Shown: piece after piece, positions 1 to 13,399 of the stretch
Position numbering within the stretch: position 1 is the first letter of the stretch
Layout: every line of letters starts with the position of its first letter
DNA from: Sarea resinae
Lineage: Eukaryota
Direction of reading: 5' to 3'
Assembly (NCBI GenBank): GCA_026026165.1
Contig: JAPEUD010000014.1
Location: 62,001 to 126,000 of the forward strand
DNA length: 64,000 bases
The notes under the pieces: generated by a model
Seen by the model: the letters and a program-made list of their open reading frames with translations, nothing else
Told to the model about the DNA's origin: nothing
Database searches by the model: none
Translations under genes and position numbers: made by a program

Positions 1-3000
1 TCGTATCTCGAAGCTTTGAGCTTTCGCAAGTTGCAGACAACTCCAAGCCAATCATGGAGCTGCGAGTACCAGCTTGCTCTCGCAAATTCAAGCGGAGGGT
101 CGAGATAGATGACTTGATTTCGCATCGAGATCTCATGTACCAGATGGGTGAGTTTCGGTGCATGCCTGAAGCGCTCCTCGTCAACGTCGTCCTCGGTGAT
201 TCGTTTCCGGATGCTATCATCGTTGGCACCCTCGCTGCGAGCATCTTGGAAAACTTCGACCCATAGGATGATCGCTTCTTGTAGTCTCATAAGTAGAATC
301 TCCTCGATCTTCCCATTCAAGCCGGCTACCCACTGCGTCAGGTTGACGTAGTTTTCCAGATTCAGCTGGTCGACAGCAGTTTGAATGCTCTCCAGTCTCT
401 TGTGGAACTCGCCTATGTCGTATGGACATGTCATCAGCTCCGCCATCGCTTTTTGAACCGTCTCATTGATAGAAGCGAGGGTGATGGCCTTGCTCTGCAG
501 AACGGAGATCGCAGCGGCGAATTCGCGGATAAACTGAACGTGTTTGCTCTCACCACGGGGGGCGGAAGGATCGATGTTCCCGTTGGGAAGATAGGACGTT
601 TGTCGAATGTGTATGTCGTACGAATGCACTAAAGACTCCCATTTCAGAGGGACACCTTTCATTACGAGCGCCTGCACATCATTCTGGTATCCATTCAGGA
701 GCGTCGATACGTCGGACATCTCCTCGATTGTGCGGGCGGTCTGGGTATACGTCCGAACGCTTTCCATCAGGCTTACGGCATAGGGATACACGCGTTTCGC
801 CTCTTTCGAGATGTTGTTGATCGCATGCGGGACCTGGTAATTCAGCCAAAGCAGGTTCCGAACTTCTTTGAAAAGAGCAATGACTTGCGGATCGAAATTG
901 ACAGCCAACTCCAAAGAATTACCGGCGGCTCGATTGCGATTGATATTAAACAGCCGACCAGAGATCGAGATGTTGCGCCGATTGACGTCGTGCAGCCACG
1001 ACTCGAATACCGGTCTCGTATCGAGCTTCTTCAAAAACATGTTGCTCTCACTTTGTAGCTTCTGGCCTTCAGCGTGTAACGCCCAGTCTTTCCCCAGGAT
1101 ATCTTCCACTTTCCGCATATAGCCGTTGAGTTGACGCTCAATCTGGCGAGCCCAAACAATGGCGCCGGAGACGGGAGGAAGGTCGCGCAGCTGAGCCATG
1201 GCGTGAGCTTCAGAGTGGCCATACTGTTGCTTGAATCGTTCATGTAGAGATGCGATGTCGTGCTTGACATTATCAATGAGTTGCGTCTGATATTCGGCGA
1301 TGGCCCCTCGAATCTTCGGTCGGACAAACAAGGCGTTGAATTTGGAGAAGACACGAAACATCTCGTTCGCTGTTTTAGCAGTCGCTAGACGGTCTCTCAG
1401 GCGGGCAATGATGGAATTCTCCACACGAGATGTCCGTTCATTGTATGTGATCTCGGCCTGGACCCAGATTTGAGTCCCTTCATTGGAGACATCTAGCACG
1501 TCGACATCTTTGAGAGCCGCGTAAGCTTGTGACACTTCCTCGACGGCATCGACATCCCCAATCTCTTCCACGACGACTGCACCGTTAGCAGTGGGGCCAC
1601 TGCTCGGATCTTGGACGGCCGTCTTTGGGCCAAGGACATTGACAATCGTCCGTTGAAGCTGTTCGTGGTTGACGCGGAAGGTGTTGATGTATTTCAATCG
1701 ATCCTGAGTCATGTCATGGCGCGGGGCAATCTTGATGGGGATGAATTTCTCATTCCTCCGGCGCAATACCTCACGAGCGACGTTGGTAAATTCCTTCACA
1801 TTGTCGTCCCAGGTACGCCAGATGCCCTCCGCCGTGTTCATGAGGACCTCGAAGTCTTTAAACTCGAGGTGCATCAACGAACGCCCATGCAGAAGAGAAT
1901 GTAGCTGAGTGTCGAGATCTCCGGAAATTGCTTCTACCAGCCGGAGAGCTCTTCGAATCGGGTACAGGCAGATTCGGAGCTTCTTGTTCAGGTGACTGAA
2001 GATGAGGTTGATCGAGTCCTGCACTTTTTGCAGCGATGTCGCCGAAAGCAACTCGTCCAGAGGAAAGTCCCGCAATAGCTGGTTGTATTTCTGGACCGTG
2101 TCGGTTGCTTCCTTCAGACCCGTGTCGGCGCTGAAGCTCACCGTGGCCTGAAATCGCTTCGCGTGCCGCAAGAGTTCGAGAGTCAATTGCACTCCGTCGC
2201 TCCGCAGCTGCTGCTCGATTCCTTCGAGGGCCGATTCCATGGAGAGCCAGAAATTGATCTCCTGCGTCGCCGTGCCGCTGTCAGCGTCTCGAGACATCTT
2301 CGTGATGGCCTGGATCGACTTGATCCATCCGTTGACCGTCGCTTGCAGGCTGTTGAGGAACGTGCTATCCCCGCGCAGCGTGCCGGGTACGAAGTCCACC
2401 GAGACCTTACTATTCTGCGCCTTGGCTTCATCTATCGCGGCCTGGACGACCGGATGCAGAGGCAGCACCAGGTCCGGGATCTCGATGTTCTGATGCAGGT
2501 GCAACAGCTGCAGTTCCAGCTCGGCCATCTTCTTCTTGGTGCCCGGGATGCCGGTTCTCGCCTCGGCATCTCCCTTGCCTCTATTATTATTAACGGTATC
2601 TTGGCCCTTGGTGTAGGCCTCAAAGTATGGCGCTAGCGCTAAATGTACGACGGAATGAAGGATCTCGAAAGGAGAGATGGAAGAGCCTTGATTGGCGGTG
2701 GCATTGCTCAGGGAAGCCAGTCCCGGGAGGTTGAGAATCTGGATCTGGGAGCTTATCGGCAGAGAAGGATCGATAGGTTGTGGCCGCTTCATCAGAGCGA
2801 CGGATGCCACCGTGGTGGTGGAAAAAGAGATCTCCGAGGAGAGGGTATAGACATAATGTACAGAGGGGGAAGCTGGTCGAGGTCAGTGATAGTCTCCAGT
2901 GGGACGATCGAAGCCTTTGCCTCACCTGGAGAGTCGGTCGCACCGTTCACCTCATCGGCGGCGACGACATCTTTTTGCACATAGAGCGCCACCTGGGACT

Positions 3001-3211
3001 CCGAGGCAAAGCGCGTGCATCTCTGGACGGTGTCGGAGTACCGAGCCTTGGACAATAAGCTCCCCGGTAATTCTAGATCCGGCTTCGAGGCCCCCAAGGC
3101 GATGAGCAGGAGATCTCGTAGATAGTCGACGACGCGGGTGGCATCGACGGTTGGATAGGTGCTCGGGTTCGGCAGGCCGTTTGCCCCTGGAGAGACGACC
3201 GGGCCCTCCAT
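1..3211 (-). CDS. DYN1: Cytoplasmic dynein heavy chain, 5' part (continues beyond window start)
   Basis: Exon 1 is MEGPVVSPG...[11 protein letters not shown] (3211-2926). Intron 2925-2873 (GTGAG...CAG). Exon 2 reads [16 protein letters not shown]...[16 protein letters not shown] and appears open to the window edge, with dynein N-terminal/stem-like sequence (nudA/ro-1 orthologue). Confidence 0.93.
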
Positions 3212-4762
3212 GTTGAGATGTTGTCAAGTGTTCTTTCGAGGGGTCAAATCATCACGAGCCGGAGATGGGGCTATGAGGGAATGAAGAGGAGAATATGCAG
3301 TTGGTCGGTGGGTGGCACGAGGTCGTGATGGTGACGATGATGGTGATGGTGATGATGATTATTGTCCAAAGTGTCGGACCCTTGTTGTTGTCGTTGTTGC
3401 CCTTCAAAAAGAGGTCTGTAATTGTAGTACGCATACGCAGTACCGAAATCAGACAGGTCAGGTACAGGAGGTACGACGGGAGGTACAGCTACGCTACGCA
3501 GGCGTGTTCAGGGTTTCGCGTAAATCGAGTAACGTGTAATGTTGATTTGATTGCCAAATTGATTTGATTAAGGTGCCAATGGAAGTAATAAGTACCCATC
3601 GTCTTACCTAAGCAACGACCTCGCTCAGGAACTGCGGGTACTGCGTAAGGGATCAAGCTGGAGGAAAGGGACCCTTTGGCTTCTCCCGTAGTATCAGATC
3701 CATGGAAAGATACAGTATGTAGCTGTCATTGGCAAGCGCCGTTGAAAAGCCACTCTATCATAGTACTCGGAGTACCTGGTTATGCGATGGCACGATGCCC
3801 GATCGCGCGACCCCTTCAGATCGTGATGGGCCATCCACCGAGGGGCCTCACGAGGCGGTCGAGGATTGCGTCGTGATGGAGATGGGTCGGATCAGGAGGA
3901 TCAATGGAGGGGCCAGTGAGATCGGGACCGTCTTGGTATTGGAAGACGGTCCGCAGTCCCTCGAGTACTCCGGAGTACTCGCACATAGCGCCGCAGTGAG
4001 GTATTTGGTTAGGCGGAAAGTGGACCGGATCAGTCACTCGAGGATGACGCGCGCCATGTTGCGACCCTGCCCTGCCCTGCCCGCCTCCCTACCGTACGGT
4101 ACCTCTACTCCGGAATACCTCCACTACTCTACCGTGGGTGCGGCGGACGCAGTCGTACTATGTACTACGTAGTAAAGCGTAAAGCTCCAGGATGGCCATA
4201 TGGAGAGCCGTTCCTCGACGATCTCCTCTGATCTTCAACATCTCGACATCATTAATCCTGCCGACCCGACACTGCCTGCGGTTGATGCTTCATCGATGCC
4301 CACCACAGCCCTCTCGCCCCCGTCGTCCCTGCTGATTGTCTCCGTCGCCATTGACAGAACTTCTCGGTCCTTTCCGACGGATCGTGGTCTTCGAGAGGTA
4401 GCGAAGCCTTCCAAGAGAGGTATCGAAGGTATCTGACTCGACCTAGCCCTGTTCCTGCACACCAATTTAGCGGCCCGCGACCAGATCCCCCAGACCGACT
4501 ACAGACGACAGACGGCGGGCCACCGACGACCTACCTGACCTGCCTGACCTATCTACCGTACAGACCTCACAGGACCTCACAGTCAAGTCTGTCAGTCAAG
4601 TCTACCTACTCCCCCGTACAGACCACCCACCGTGCTCCCGCCGCAAAGCGCAGAACCCTCCCCGTCCGGGCGACATTGCGCATCCCCAATCTTCCCAGCT
4701 CCGCGTCGCGGCAGATAGACGGGTCCCATTGGCACGCTGTTGCATGTCATCGTTAATTCTGC

Positions 4763-7700
4763 ATGGCGCGCAAGGCCCGCCAGCAGCGGATAAGCTATGG
4801 TGAGTCCTGCTCCTTGGCTCTCTCTGCTCGAACCACGGCATTGGCGCTCGTCCCCCGCAGCCATGCTCGAATGCCACGTTTCTGATCGGCGGAACCACAG
4901 TCTTACCGCTTGCGAATCCCGGCGGCGGCCATCGATTGGGGATCAATGGCCTCGCAGTAGATAGCGATCGGTCAATCCTGTAAGCCAGCTGACCAGACCC
5001 GCGGCTCGATCCTGCTTCTCCGCTGACCTGGGTGCAGTTATTCGGGCGGTCGAGATGGTGTCATCTGTGCCTGGGACCTGAATCTCGATCTGGCCGGGCG
5101 GCGTAAGCTCGAGTCGAAGAACCCGTTCAGATCCGCAGACGACTCGGATTCGGATGTCAATCTTAGGCATCAGACGTCGGCCAGGAGTCGCAATCGGATC
5201 CAGGCGCACACGCACTGGGTCAATGACATTGTGCTTGCGCAAGACAATTCGGCCCTTGTCTCAGCCTCATCCGACGTGACCGTCAAGCTATGGCGGCCAC
5301 ACGCCGAGGACCATATGCCCCCGCAGACGATCGGGCTTCACACCGACTATGTCAAGTGCCTAGCGACCCCGAGCGCACGATCGGACTGGGTTGCTTCCGG
5401 AGGCTTGGATAGGAAAATCAGTCTGTGGGATCTGAACGGTGGCGGGCAGCGTCTCCAGATCGACGTGGACGAGGAAGAGAGCGGCGCAAAGGGCTCAGTA
5501 TATGCTCTGAGTGCCCGTGGCTCCATTCTGGCTAGCGGAGGCCCGGAAAGCATAGTCAGGGTCTGGGACCCACGATCGGGCAAACGAGTGACGAAGTTCG
5601 TCGGACATACCGACAATGTACGGGACATACTGATCAGTGAGGACGGGGACAAGATCCTGTCGGCATCCTCCGATCAAACCGTGAAGCTATGGTCGGTGAC
5701 GGCGGGAAGATGCATGCACACTCTGACGATGCACAACGACAGTGTCTGGTCGCTCTACTCGGATCATCCACAATTGTCGGTATTTTACTCGAGCGACCGA
5801 TCCGGGCTCGTGGCCAAGACCGATGCGCGTGGCTTGATGGAGGTTGACGAAGGCTTGTGTGTGGCTGTCTGCCAGGAACATGAAGGGGTGAATACCATTG
5901 CTCGTGCTGGGGATTACATTTGGACAGCCACTTCAAGCTCGAGCATCAATCGCTGGAAGGATGTCACCGAGAAGGATGTTCAGATGCCCCAATCTTACTG
6001 GCAACATCGTCACTCGAGTGTCGCTTCACGGTCGAGAATGTCGACGACGGCCCAACCCACAAGTCCAACGACTCCGACCAACAGCAACGCAAAGCCAGAG
6101 CTACCTTTGAGCTGCATTCTACGGCTCTCAAACACGGCCATGTTTCCTGCCTTCAGAGCTTGGGATGCCGAGGCATCGACAATTTTTTCGGCAACGAGTG
6201 CACGGAAACAACCAGAGTCTGCCGATGAACCCGAAATAGGAGCTACTACATACCGCCACTCCCCGGAGGATTGCATTGAGGGCCAGTTGGGTCTGATTCA
6301 GCATGTCATGCTGAGCGACCGGAAAAGAGTGTTGACTATGGACACCGCGGGCGAGATAATGATGTGGGATCTAGTGAAGGTTTGTATTATATCTTGATCT
6401 TGCAATCATCGCACTAATCGATCGCAGTGCGTTCCCATTAGATCTTTCGGCAAACGTCATCTTGAAGACGTTGTGCCGGAGGTCAATACTATCGAGAGTG
6501 TGGCAAATTGGTGCACCGTAAACACGAGAACGGGGAGACTATCATGTGTTCTCGAGGAAGCTCATTGTTTCGATGCCGAGGTCTATGCCGATGAGCTCGA
6601 CCTTAAAGAGTCTATCAACTTTAGAGAAGATCAGCGAAGTAAGTGAAGTGGAAGGGTTACGGTCAATGAATGCTAATCTGTGCGCGTTTAGTAAATTTGG
6701 GCAAATGGGTTCTACGATACCTCTTTTCAAATTTCATCGACGAAGAAATAAAGCGCGACGAAGCTTTCCGAAAATCCCTTGCCGATAAAGCTCATCCAGA
6801 GCGCTTACAGCGAGTCAACGCCCCTTCTTCCATCCAACTCCCCTCATCACATACAAATGGCTGGACAACATCGCCTGGATCCGCAAACGATCACACCCCT
6901 GTGGCAACCAATGGATTCCATCACCCAGTTTGGACCCCAGGCCTTTCTATTGGAGTCGCCACCCCTGCAAACCCGACACATCCACACTCTAGTTCGCATA
7001 AAGAAAATCATCTCCCTCCTACCGCAGAAGAAGGAGCCAGTCTGGAGAGGACGGCGTCGCGACAAAGCCAGACGACATCCTCGTATGAGAAGAGCGGTGA
7101 CTACTTTTCCGGCATTCAGCCTACGCAGAGCACAACGACACCAGAAAGTGGCTCGAAACCACCGGGCGACACGAGCGAAGACAACACAGCTCAGTCATCT
7201 ACAGAGAACGACAAGGAAAGCCACGCCAAGGAAGGCGGTTCTCTTTTTGGCAAGAAATTTCGCATGTCGTTTGGTAGCAAAAGGCTCCGCGGATCCCACT
7301 CGGTCGATATGAGCAAGCTGGCTATCGACGAGAAATCCGAGGACTCCGACTCGAAGTCCTCGGATACGAAAGACCGGACCGTTGAAGACAATCTTCGCGG
7401 CGCCGTCCAGAAGATCCGACATGGCTACGAGGATTTCGTTCACGAGAACCCGAATCAGCCGGTCTCAACCGCCGTTCTGCCGAGCATGCCAATTGAGACT
7501 CCGGTTCTCAAACTCCCCCCGACTACTGCCGTCATCATTCAAGAAGACTCTACCGACGCAGGAGGGGTACAGGACTTGTTCAAAGGGACCGTGGCGTCCT
7601 TGGGCCACGAGGTCGACACAATCGAGAAAGTCGCCCCAATGTGGCTTGGCGATTTACTGCTTCGGGTATGTATCTTCCGTCTCTATCTCGACCCACACAC

Positions 7701-8396
7701 AGCATCCTTCTCAAGCAACTTACTGACATGTCCGCCCTCGCAGAACCAGATACCCTTCAAAGAAACAATCAAAGTCTCCTTCGTCCTCCTCCCCTACCAA
7801 GACATCCTCCCGAGCATCGCCAGCGAAGACGGCAACTCCCGCCTCAACGCCAATCGCATGCTCCGCGCCCGCAAGATCCTCACCTACATCCTGGACCGAA
7901 TCGAAGCCCCTGCCCCACCAAACCAGTCCCCAGACTCGAATGCGCTAAAACCAGAAGAATACCTGGAACTCTACTGTCAGAACGAGGTCAGTCATCTATT
8001 TTGTATCTCAATCTATCCCAATGCCAGTCTCTCACGCGTCGTCTCCACCTCTGTTTCTCTCTACTTCTCATCATCCCATCACATCACTTCATATCACATC
8101 ACATCACTCAAAGCATCACCTACTGACAGCCGCACGCGCGACCTCAACAGCTCGTGCCCCCTACAATGACGCTCGCCACGCTGCGCACCTACATCTGGAA
8201 GGGCAGCGGCGACGTGGTATTGTTCTACAAGGCGAACGGCCGCAAGGACATCGTGCCGCTGCATCGGCCCGGCACCGCCGCGGGACCCAAGACGCCGACG
8301 GAGGAACACCACTCGTCGTCGTCGCAGGCCGGAGGCGATGCCGGCTCTGCGACTTCGCCCGGCCCGCCGTCGTCGCATGAGGGCGCTGGCTCTTGA
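4763..8396 (+). CDS. WD40 repeat protein, WDR48/UAF1/Duf1-like deubiquitinase cofactor
   Basis: Starts [12 protein letters not shown], intron 4800-4900, then [21 protein letters not shown]. Several WD repeats ([10 protein letters not shown]...LWS). C-terminus has [23 protein letters not shown] and [12 protein letters not shown]. Further introns near 6380-6427, 6638-6691, 7666-7743 and 7987-8150. Confidence 0.88.
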
Positions 8397-8399
8397 AGT

Positions 8400-9030
8400 G
8401 ACTGGAGAAGAGCGGAAGGGTGGGGTAGGAATGAATGAATGGACAAACGGGGGGTGGAGAAATTGGTTGCTGGAGATCGGCATGGGGATTTGTTTATTCT
8501 TTTTTGGCTGAGGGGTGGATTCTCTTTCCCTTCTTCTCTCTTCTCATCATCATCTCTCTCTCTTCGCTTACCGTTGTTCTTGCCATTACTCTCTCTTTCG
8601 TCTTCCTCTTCCTCTTTGTGACTCTCTCTCTCTCTCCATTTCTTTTCCATTTCTTTTCCTCTTTCCTCGTTTCTACTCTACTTCTCGCCACCCGTTCATC
8701 CATCCATCCACCCCCACGTGTATAATACCACGGCATCCATCCATCGTACATAGCGTAGCATAGCATAGCATAGCCCATAGCCTGCACAGCCATGGACATA
8801 TACAGATACATATACCTACATAGCTGCTGCCATACTTGAGATGGTCCCCGTCTCTTAAGATTCTATCTTCACTTGTCCCGTGTGTTCTGATCGTGCCGTG
8901 TGTCTCTCGAGTCAGAGTTCGCGTTGCTGTCTACTCCACCCACTCATCTATCGCCCTACCGCACCCAAACAAACAACCAACCAACCAACCAACCCAAATC
9001 AACAACCCCGACCCCTGGAACCAAACCCTC
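8400..9030. repeat. Microsatellite-rich convergent spacer (CT tracts, (CATC)n, (CATAG)n, (CAAC)n)
   Basis: Direct reading, e.g. catagcgtagcatagcatagcatagc near 8748-8775 and caaccaaccaaccaacc near 8974-8991. Confidence 0.85.
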
Positions 9031-9031
9031 A

Positions 9032-10091
9032 TCATAACACAACCTCGTCCCTTCTCCCCTCTGCGGCACCACCACCCCCAAGCATATTATAGCCCCACTG
9101 ATAACTGCCCAGGAAAATGGCGCCACCAGCACTGATCCAAAAGACGCGCGGGCCGATGCCGGCGAAGAAGGCGCGCGGGCCCGACTCGGCCACGATCTGG
9201 CGCAGCAGCACGAACAGCGACTCGGGCCGCTCGCGCGCGAGCATCATGCGCGTCTTCAGGACATCGAGCGGGGTCGTGATGGCGGCGGCGACGGCGCCGG
9301 CGATGGAGCCGAAGACGGCGGACGAGATGGCTGATGCCTGTTGCTGGTGTTGTGGCGTGGTGGACCGCTGCGCCCATGCCGTCTTCATGCCTTCCCACAG
9401 CGGGAACTGGATCACGGTGAAGGGCACCTCGCGCATGACGGTGACGGCCCAGCCGCGGTACAGCTCGCGCCCGACGCCCGCGTAGCCGCCGGCGCCGTGG
9501 CGCGCCGCCAGGATGTGCCGGAGCGCCGCCAGCGAGCTCGGGTGCTGCACCGCCTGGGCGCGCTGCTTGATGACCTCGGTGGGCACGCGCACGGCGCAGG
9601 CGGCCACCTCGCCCAGGCTGGCGGCGACCATGTGTTCGACGGGCTGGGCCCAGGCGCCCAGGGTCCCTGTCGATGCGGCGTTGCCCGCGAGGCGCGCGTC
9701 GGCTTCTCGGCCGCGCCGGAGCAGCGTCTTGGTGCTTTCGTAGGTCACGAAGAAGAGGGCGGCGCCGGGGGCGGATCCGACGAGGGCGCTGCCGACGCCG
9801 CGGTAGATGCCGCTGAAGCCGCCTGAGTGCAGGAAGCCTGAGGAGGATTGGAGGCGCGTTTTTAGTGTGTCGAGGGGGTAGAGGCTCAGGTCGACTGTCG
9901 TGCCTGCGAGACCGCCTGCCTGGAGAGGGAGTGTTGGTTGTTGTGCGTAGGGAAAGGCGTGGGCGTGGGATTGGGATTTGGGGGAGGGGAGAGCTGTGGA
10001 GGGGGCGGTTGGGAGGAAAGCTTACTAGTAGTGCGCGTGTGAAGGGAGAGGAGATGAGGGGTGAGGGGGCGGCATCGCGCGATTGTGCCAT
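9032..10091 (-). CDS. PET8: Mitochondrial S-adenosylmethionine carrier
   Basis: Mitochondrial carrier signatures PLDTLKTRLQ, VRVPTEVIKQRAQ, REVPFTVIQFPLWE and TTPLDVLKTRMML. One intron at ~9920-10025. Confidence 0.9.
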
Positions 10092-10967
10092 TTTGGAGTT
10101 TGCCTGGCGGGCTGGACCGCTGGCCGGTGGTGGGTGCGAGACGAGAGGGGATTGAGATGAAATATCGCCCCGGAGATGGTGGTGGTAGTGGTATCTGATG
10201 GGTGGCTGGCTCAGACACAGCAGTTTGGTGAGCCTGCACGGATCATCGCATCATGACTCGTTTGTTCGATTCTGGAAAGAGGTGATCAGAAGTAGTAGGC
10301 AAATTAGAGAAAACTCTAGATATTTGCTTCCAGATATACGTCTAATTGGGGGTGGTGGAGTGTCGAGGGGCAAACAATCGATGAAGCTGAAGTGGAAGAT
10401 GACGATCTTGTGGGAGTGCCAGATGGTGAGAATTATTCCGATGTTGAATGCCAGACGTGGAGTTGAGCTCAAGCTTCCTCCGATGCCGATGCCGGGCCGG
10501 TAGTCAGGTAGACGTCACTAGACGTTCAGGGTCTGAGGGCTTCTGGAAACATCTGATTAGATTAAACCCGATTAGGTTTGTTGACTCTCTCGTTTTCGTT
10601 ACAACCCCTAAGCACCACAACGCGCAGATCTTGGAGCAGCGAATACCCTCATCTATGTGATTCTCACCAGCAGCAGCAGGATTGGTGAATATCTGCATCG
10701 CTCATACAAAGGCTCGCACTTGTGTATACAGGGTCACATCCTACTATTGCTTCTACCTTGCCTTTATAGATGCAGCTATTGTCTACAGCGCCAAGTCCCA
10801 TCAACCGAGATTGGCACGATGGCGTCAGGGAAAGATAGAGTATGAGAAGAGATTGCGAGACGGCATTACTTGCAATTACCTAGAGAGCTTTCTTGTCCTA
10901 AGACTTTTATTCTTTCCCTTGACAGATACTCCTAACCGTCGACGTAAGAGAAACCTAAATAGTCCTT

Positions 10968-10973
10968 TATATA
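10968..10973 (+). promoter_or_regulatory. TATA-like element of the 5S gene
   Basis: TATATA at -29 to -24 from the 5S start, the position known for dispersed Neurospora 5S genes. Confidence 0.6.
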
Positions 10974-10996
10974 TCTATCAGCCTGAACCATCTGTC

Positions 10997-11115
10997 ACAT
11001 ACGGCCATAGGTTGTGGAATATAGAGGATCCCGTCCGCTCTCCTGTACTCAAACCACAAACCGGCGGATTAGTAGTTGGGTCGGTGACGACCAGCGAATA
11101 CCCGCTGCTGTATGT
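10997..11115 (+). rRNA. 5S ribosomal RNA gene (dispersed copy)
   Basis: ACATACGGCCATAGG...CCCGTCCGCTC...TTAGTAGTTGGGTCGGTGACGACCAGCGAAT...GCTGTATGT, 119 nt. Helices pair intact: ACATACGGC/GCTGTATGT, TTGTGG/CCACAA and GGCGG/CCGCT. Confidence 0.97.
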
Positions 11116-11128
11116 TTTTGGTTTTTTC
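11115..11128 (+). terminator. RNA polymerase III T-tract terminator
   Basis: TTTTTGGTTTTTT immediately follows the 5S 3' end. Confidence 0.8.
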
Positions 11129-12543
11129 TAGGTCTTCTTTTTTGCCTCTACTCTGTACTACCTTAGCTTAGACAGGTGGGGCTCGTGTGTGGAGTCGGCC
11201 CCTTGTGCTTCGATCACCTTGGCCATTCACTCTTTGTTACCGTCTACGAGCGCGCGCGCCTTTATCACTTGTCACTGCTCACACATTCTCTTTTGAGAGA
11301 GACTGGCTCCACCTCTGGCGCGGGAAGATAAAGCTAACTTGAGCCATTTGATGTTCCCATTGTTTATAGGCCGTCGCGGCCGTAGGTGCTGTCGGATTAC
11401 ATGCTGTTTTATGAGTTGCCGGAACTCCACCTGCCGCCTACTGCGGCCGGAATATTGATACCTGCAGACATCCCACGCACACGACTTAGTCGCGTGATTT
11501 GCTATGTGCTCTACAATATGTCTCTGATGTTTTGGCTGGCAGGAAAGGCGTTTGTGACTGCCGGCATCGTCCTGATGTCTGTATCGGCGGAAAGTATCTT
11601 CTCCGGGCAGGCAACGAAGATGTAGCTAACACAAACAGTACATTGACTTTCCCAGGGATGCCTTCTCAAGAACACTACATTGAGCAGCAGGGTAGCAAAG
11701 CCTGGTCTGGAATTAGGCGCTGCCATAGCTCAATAAGCTGTGGCCCATCTGATCCGTGGAAGCTGACACTTGGTTGCCGTAGTCGGCACCAGCTCTGGAT
11801 GGCGGCTTCCGCGACGTTCGATATGCTCTTGACTGTGGGATTGCGGCCATCTTTCACATCAATGAACCACTTGGAGTAGTTGATCTGCCAGGTCCTGTGC
11901 GTATCGTCAGAGATTAAGACCCTATGAAAGGCCGCCTGATATTTGAGTCTCCAAACTTCTTGTACTAGGAGAGTAGATATGCGTTCAAAACAGCCGCTTG
12001 ACCACCCGAGTACCCGTCCGTGGCCTGATTATCAATGAGGATGGATTGGTGGCGTTTCCGGCATGCAGCTGTTCGGAGGAAATTTTGTTGCGTTCCAGTA
12101 ACAACCAGATGTCTGCGGTATCGCTATACACCTAGAAAACATATCAAAAGACGCAGGCCGAAGGCTCCCCTCGGCGACGTCCTCCTTGCCGTCTATGATG
12201 CCACCCCGACTAGGATTCTTAATATATCGGGAGAATAATACACTCCTCGAATGAATCGAGAGAAGTGTTTGTTGAGGAAGAGAGCAAAGAAACTCTGTTA
12301 GAGATTTCCGTGTTTTGAAAGGCAACCCTGTAGCGCGTCGCCGCATTGACCGTGATGGCGGTCCAGGCGGAACCGACTTTGAATTTTGTAGATTCTGCAC
12401 AGCAGGCCTTTTTCTAGACAGCGTTCGCATTTTTGCTGCAACTCTATGCCCTAGTAAGGGTCATTGAAAATCAGATCTGAAAGTGCTTATACTTCCTCCT
12501 AAGTCTCTCTAAGGCTGTCCTGTACTGGCTAAGAGTATGCTAG

Positions 12544-12700
12544 TCATTTGAGAACATTCGCTCTTACGACAGATGCTCCATAGAGAGGTAGCATGTCGCT
12601 TAACCTGTCGACAAAAGTATGGACATCTCGATAGATGGTCTCAGTCGAATAGACTAGGCTCTGTTTATTGATAAATCTTGGTTGAGCGTGAATGGCTGCA
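12544..12700 (-). mobile_element. Retrotransposon gag-like fragment (degenerate)
   Basis: TIYRDVHTFVDRLSDMLPLYGASVVRANV resembles the fungal gag-like motif YRxVHxFxxRxxD...GxxxVRxN. It is followed by stops. Confidence 0.5.
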
Positions 12701-13399
12701 GTAGACAAGGCCCTAGCAGCAGATAATTCACTAGTAGCAGACAACTCTTTGCTAGTAGGTACTCGTACTGTCGTACACAGACATTTATAATGTGTGAATC
12801 GTCATCGTCACTGTCATCGATGACAGTGGCCTCCATAATCAGTATCAATAGCCAGTTTCAAGATCAAAATAGCCATAACTGAATATCATAGTCCGTTAGG
12901 GTCATTGAACATCACTTACACTTGCATTCGCGCCTCTGTAAACAAGCTCATGTCCCATAACCAATCTGAAGTTACCATTGGCTGCTATTAATAGCTGTTG
13001 AATCCTGTACGAAGGGAAGTGGCAGGCAGAGCACGATTGTGCAGCAGCACTGCCACGGGATTGGGTCAGGATGGCATTCACGTACGACTGCCCTCGACTT
13101 GAACAGGCTCGTCGGCGGACATCTCTAAGGGCCCAGCCTCTTCAAAAATCCTTATGACTTCTTGATCCGACTAGAAAGATTGTCCAAAGACTGTAGAGAA
13201 TCAAAACAAGGGCGCCGAGAAGGATGCCGACAGATGTGATCTGCGCTACCGTGATCCTGCCCCGTACGAAGGTGACAGGGCTCCCAGGGAGGGCAAGCAG
13301 CGCGTATGACTGAGCGGAGACGCAGAATGCTCCTATCTGGTGCCGCGTTGAATAGTACCATCGCCCTAGCCATCATACGCAGTCAGCATTGTTCCTTTA

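Noticed and set aside
54..2990. Many short plus-strand ORFs
   Set aside because: They are antisense to the dynein heavy-chain exon, which the ORF track omits because it runs off the window.
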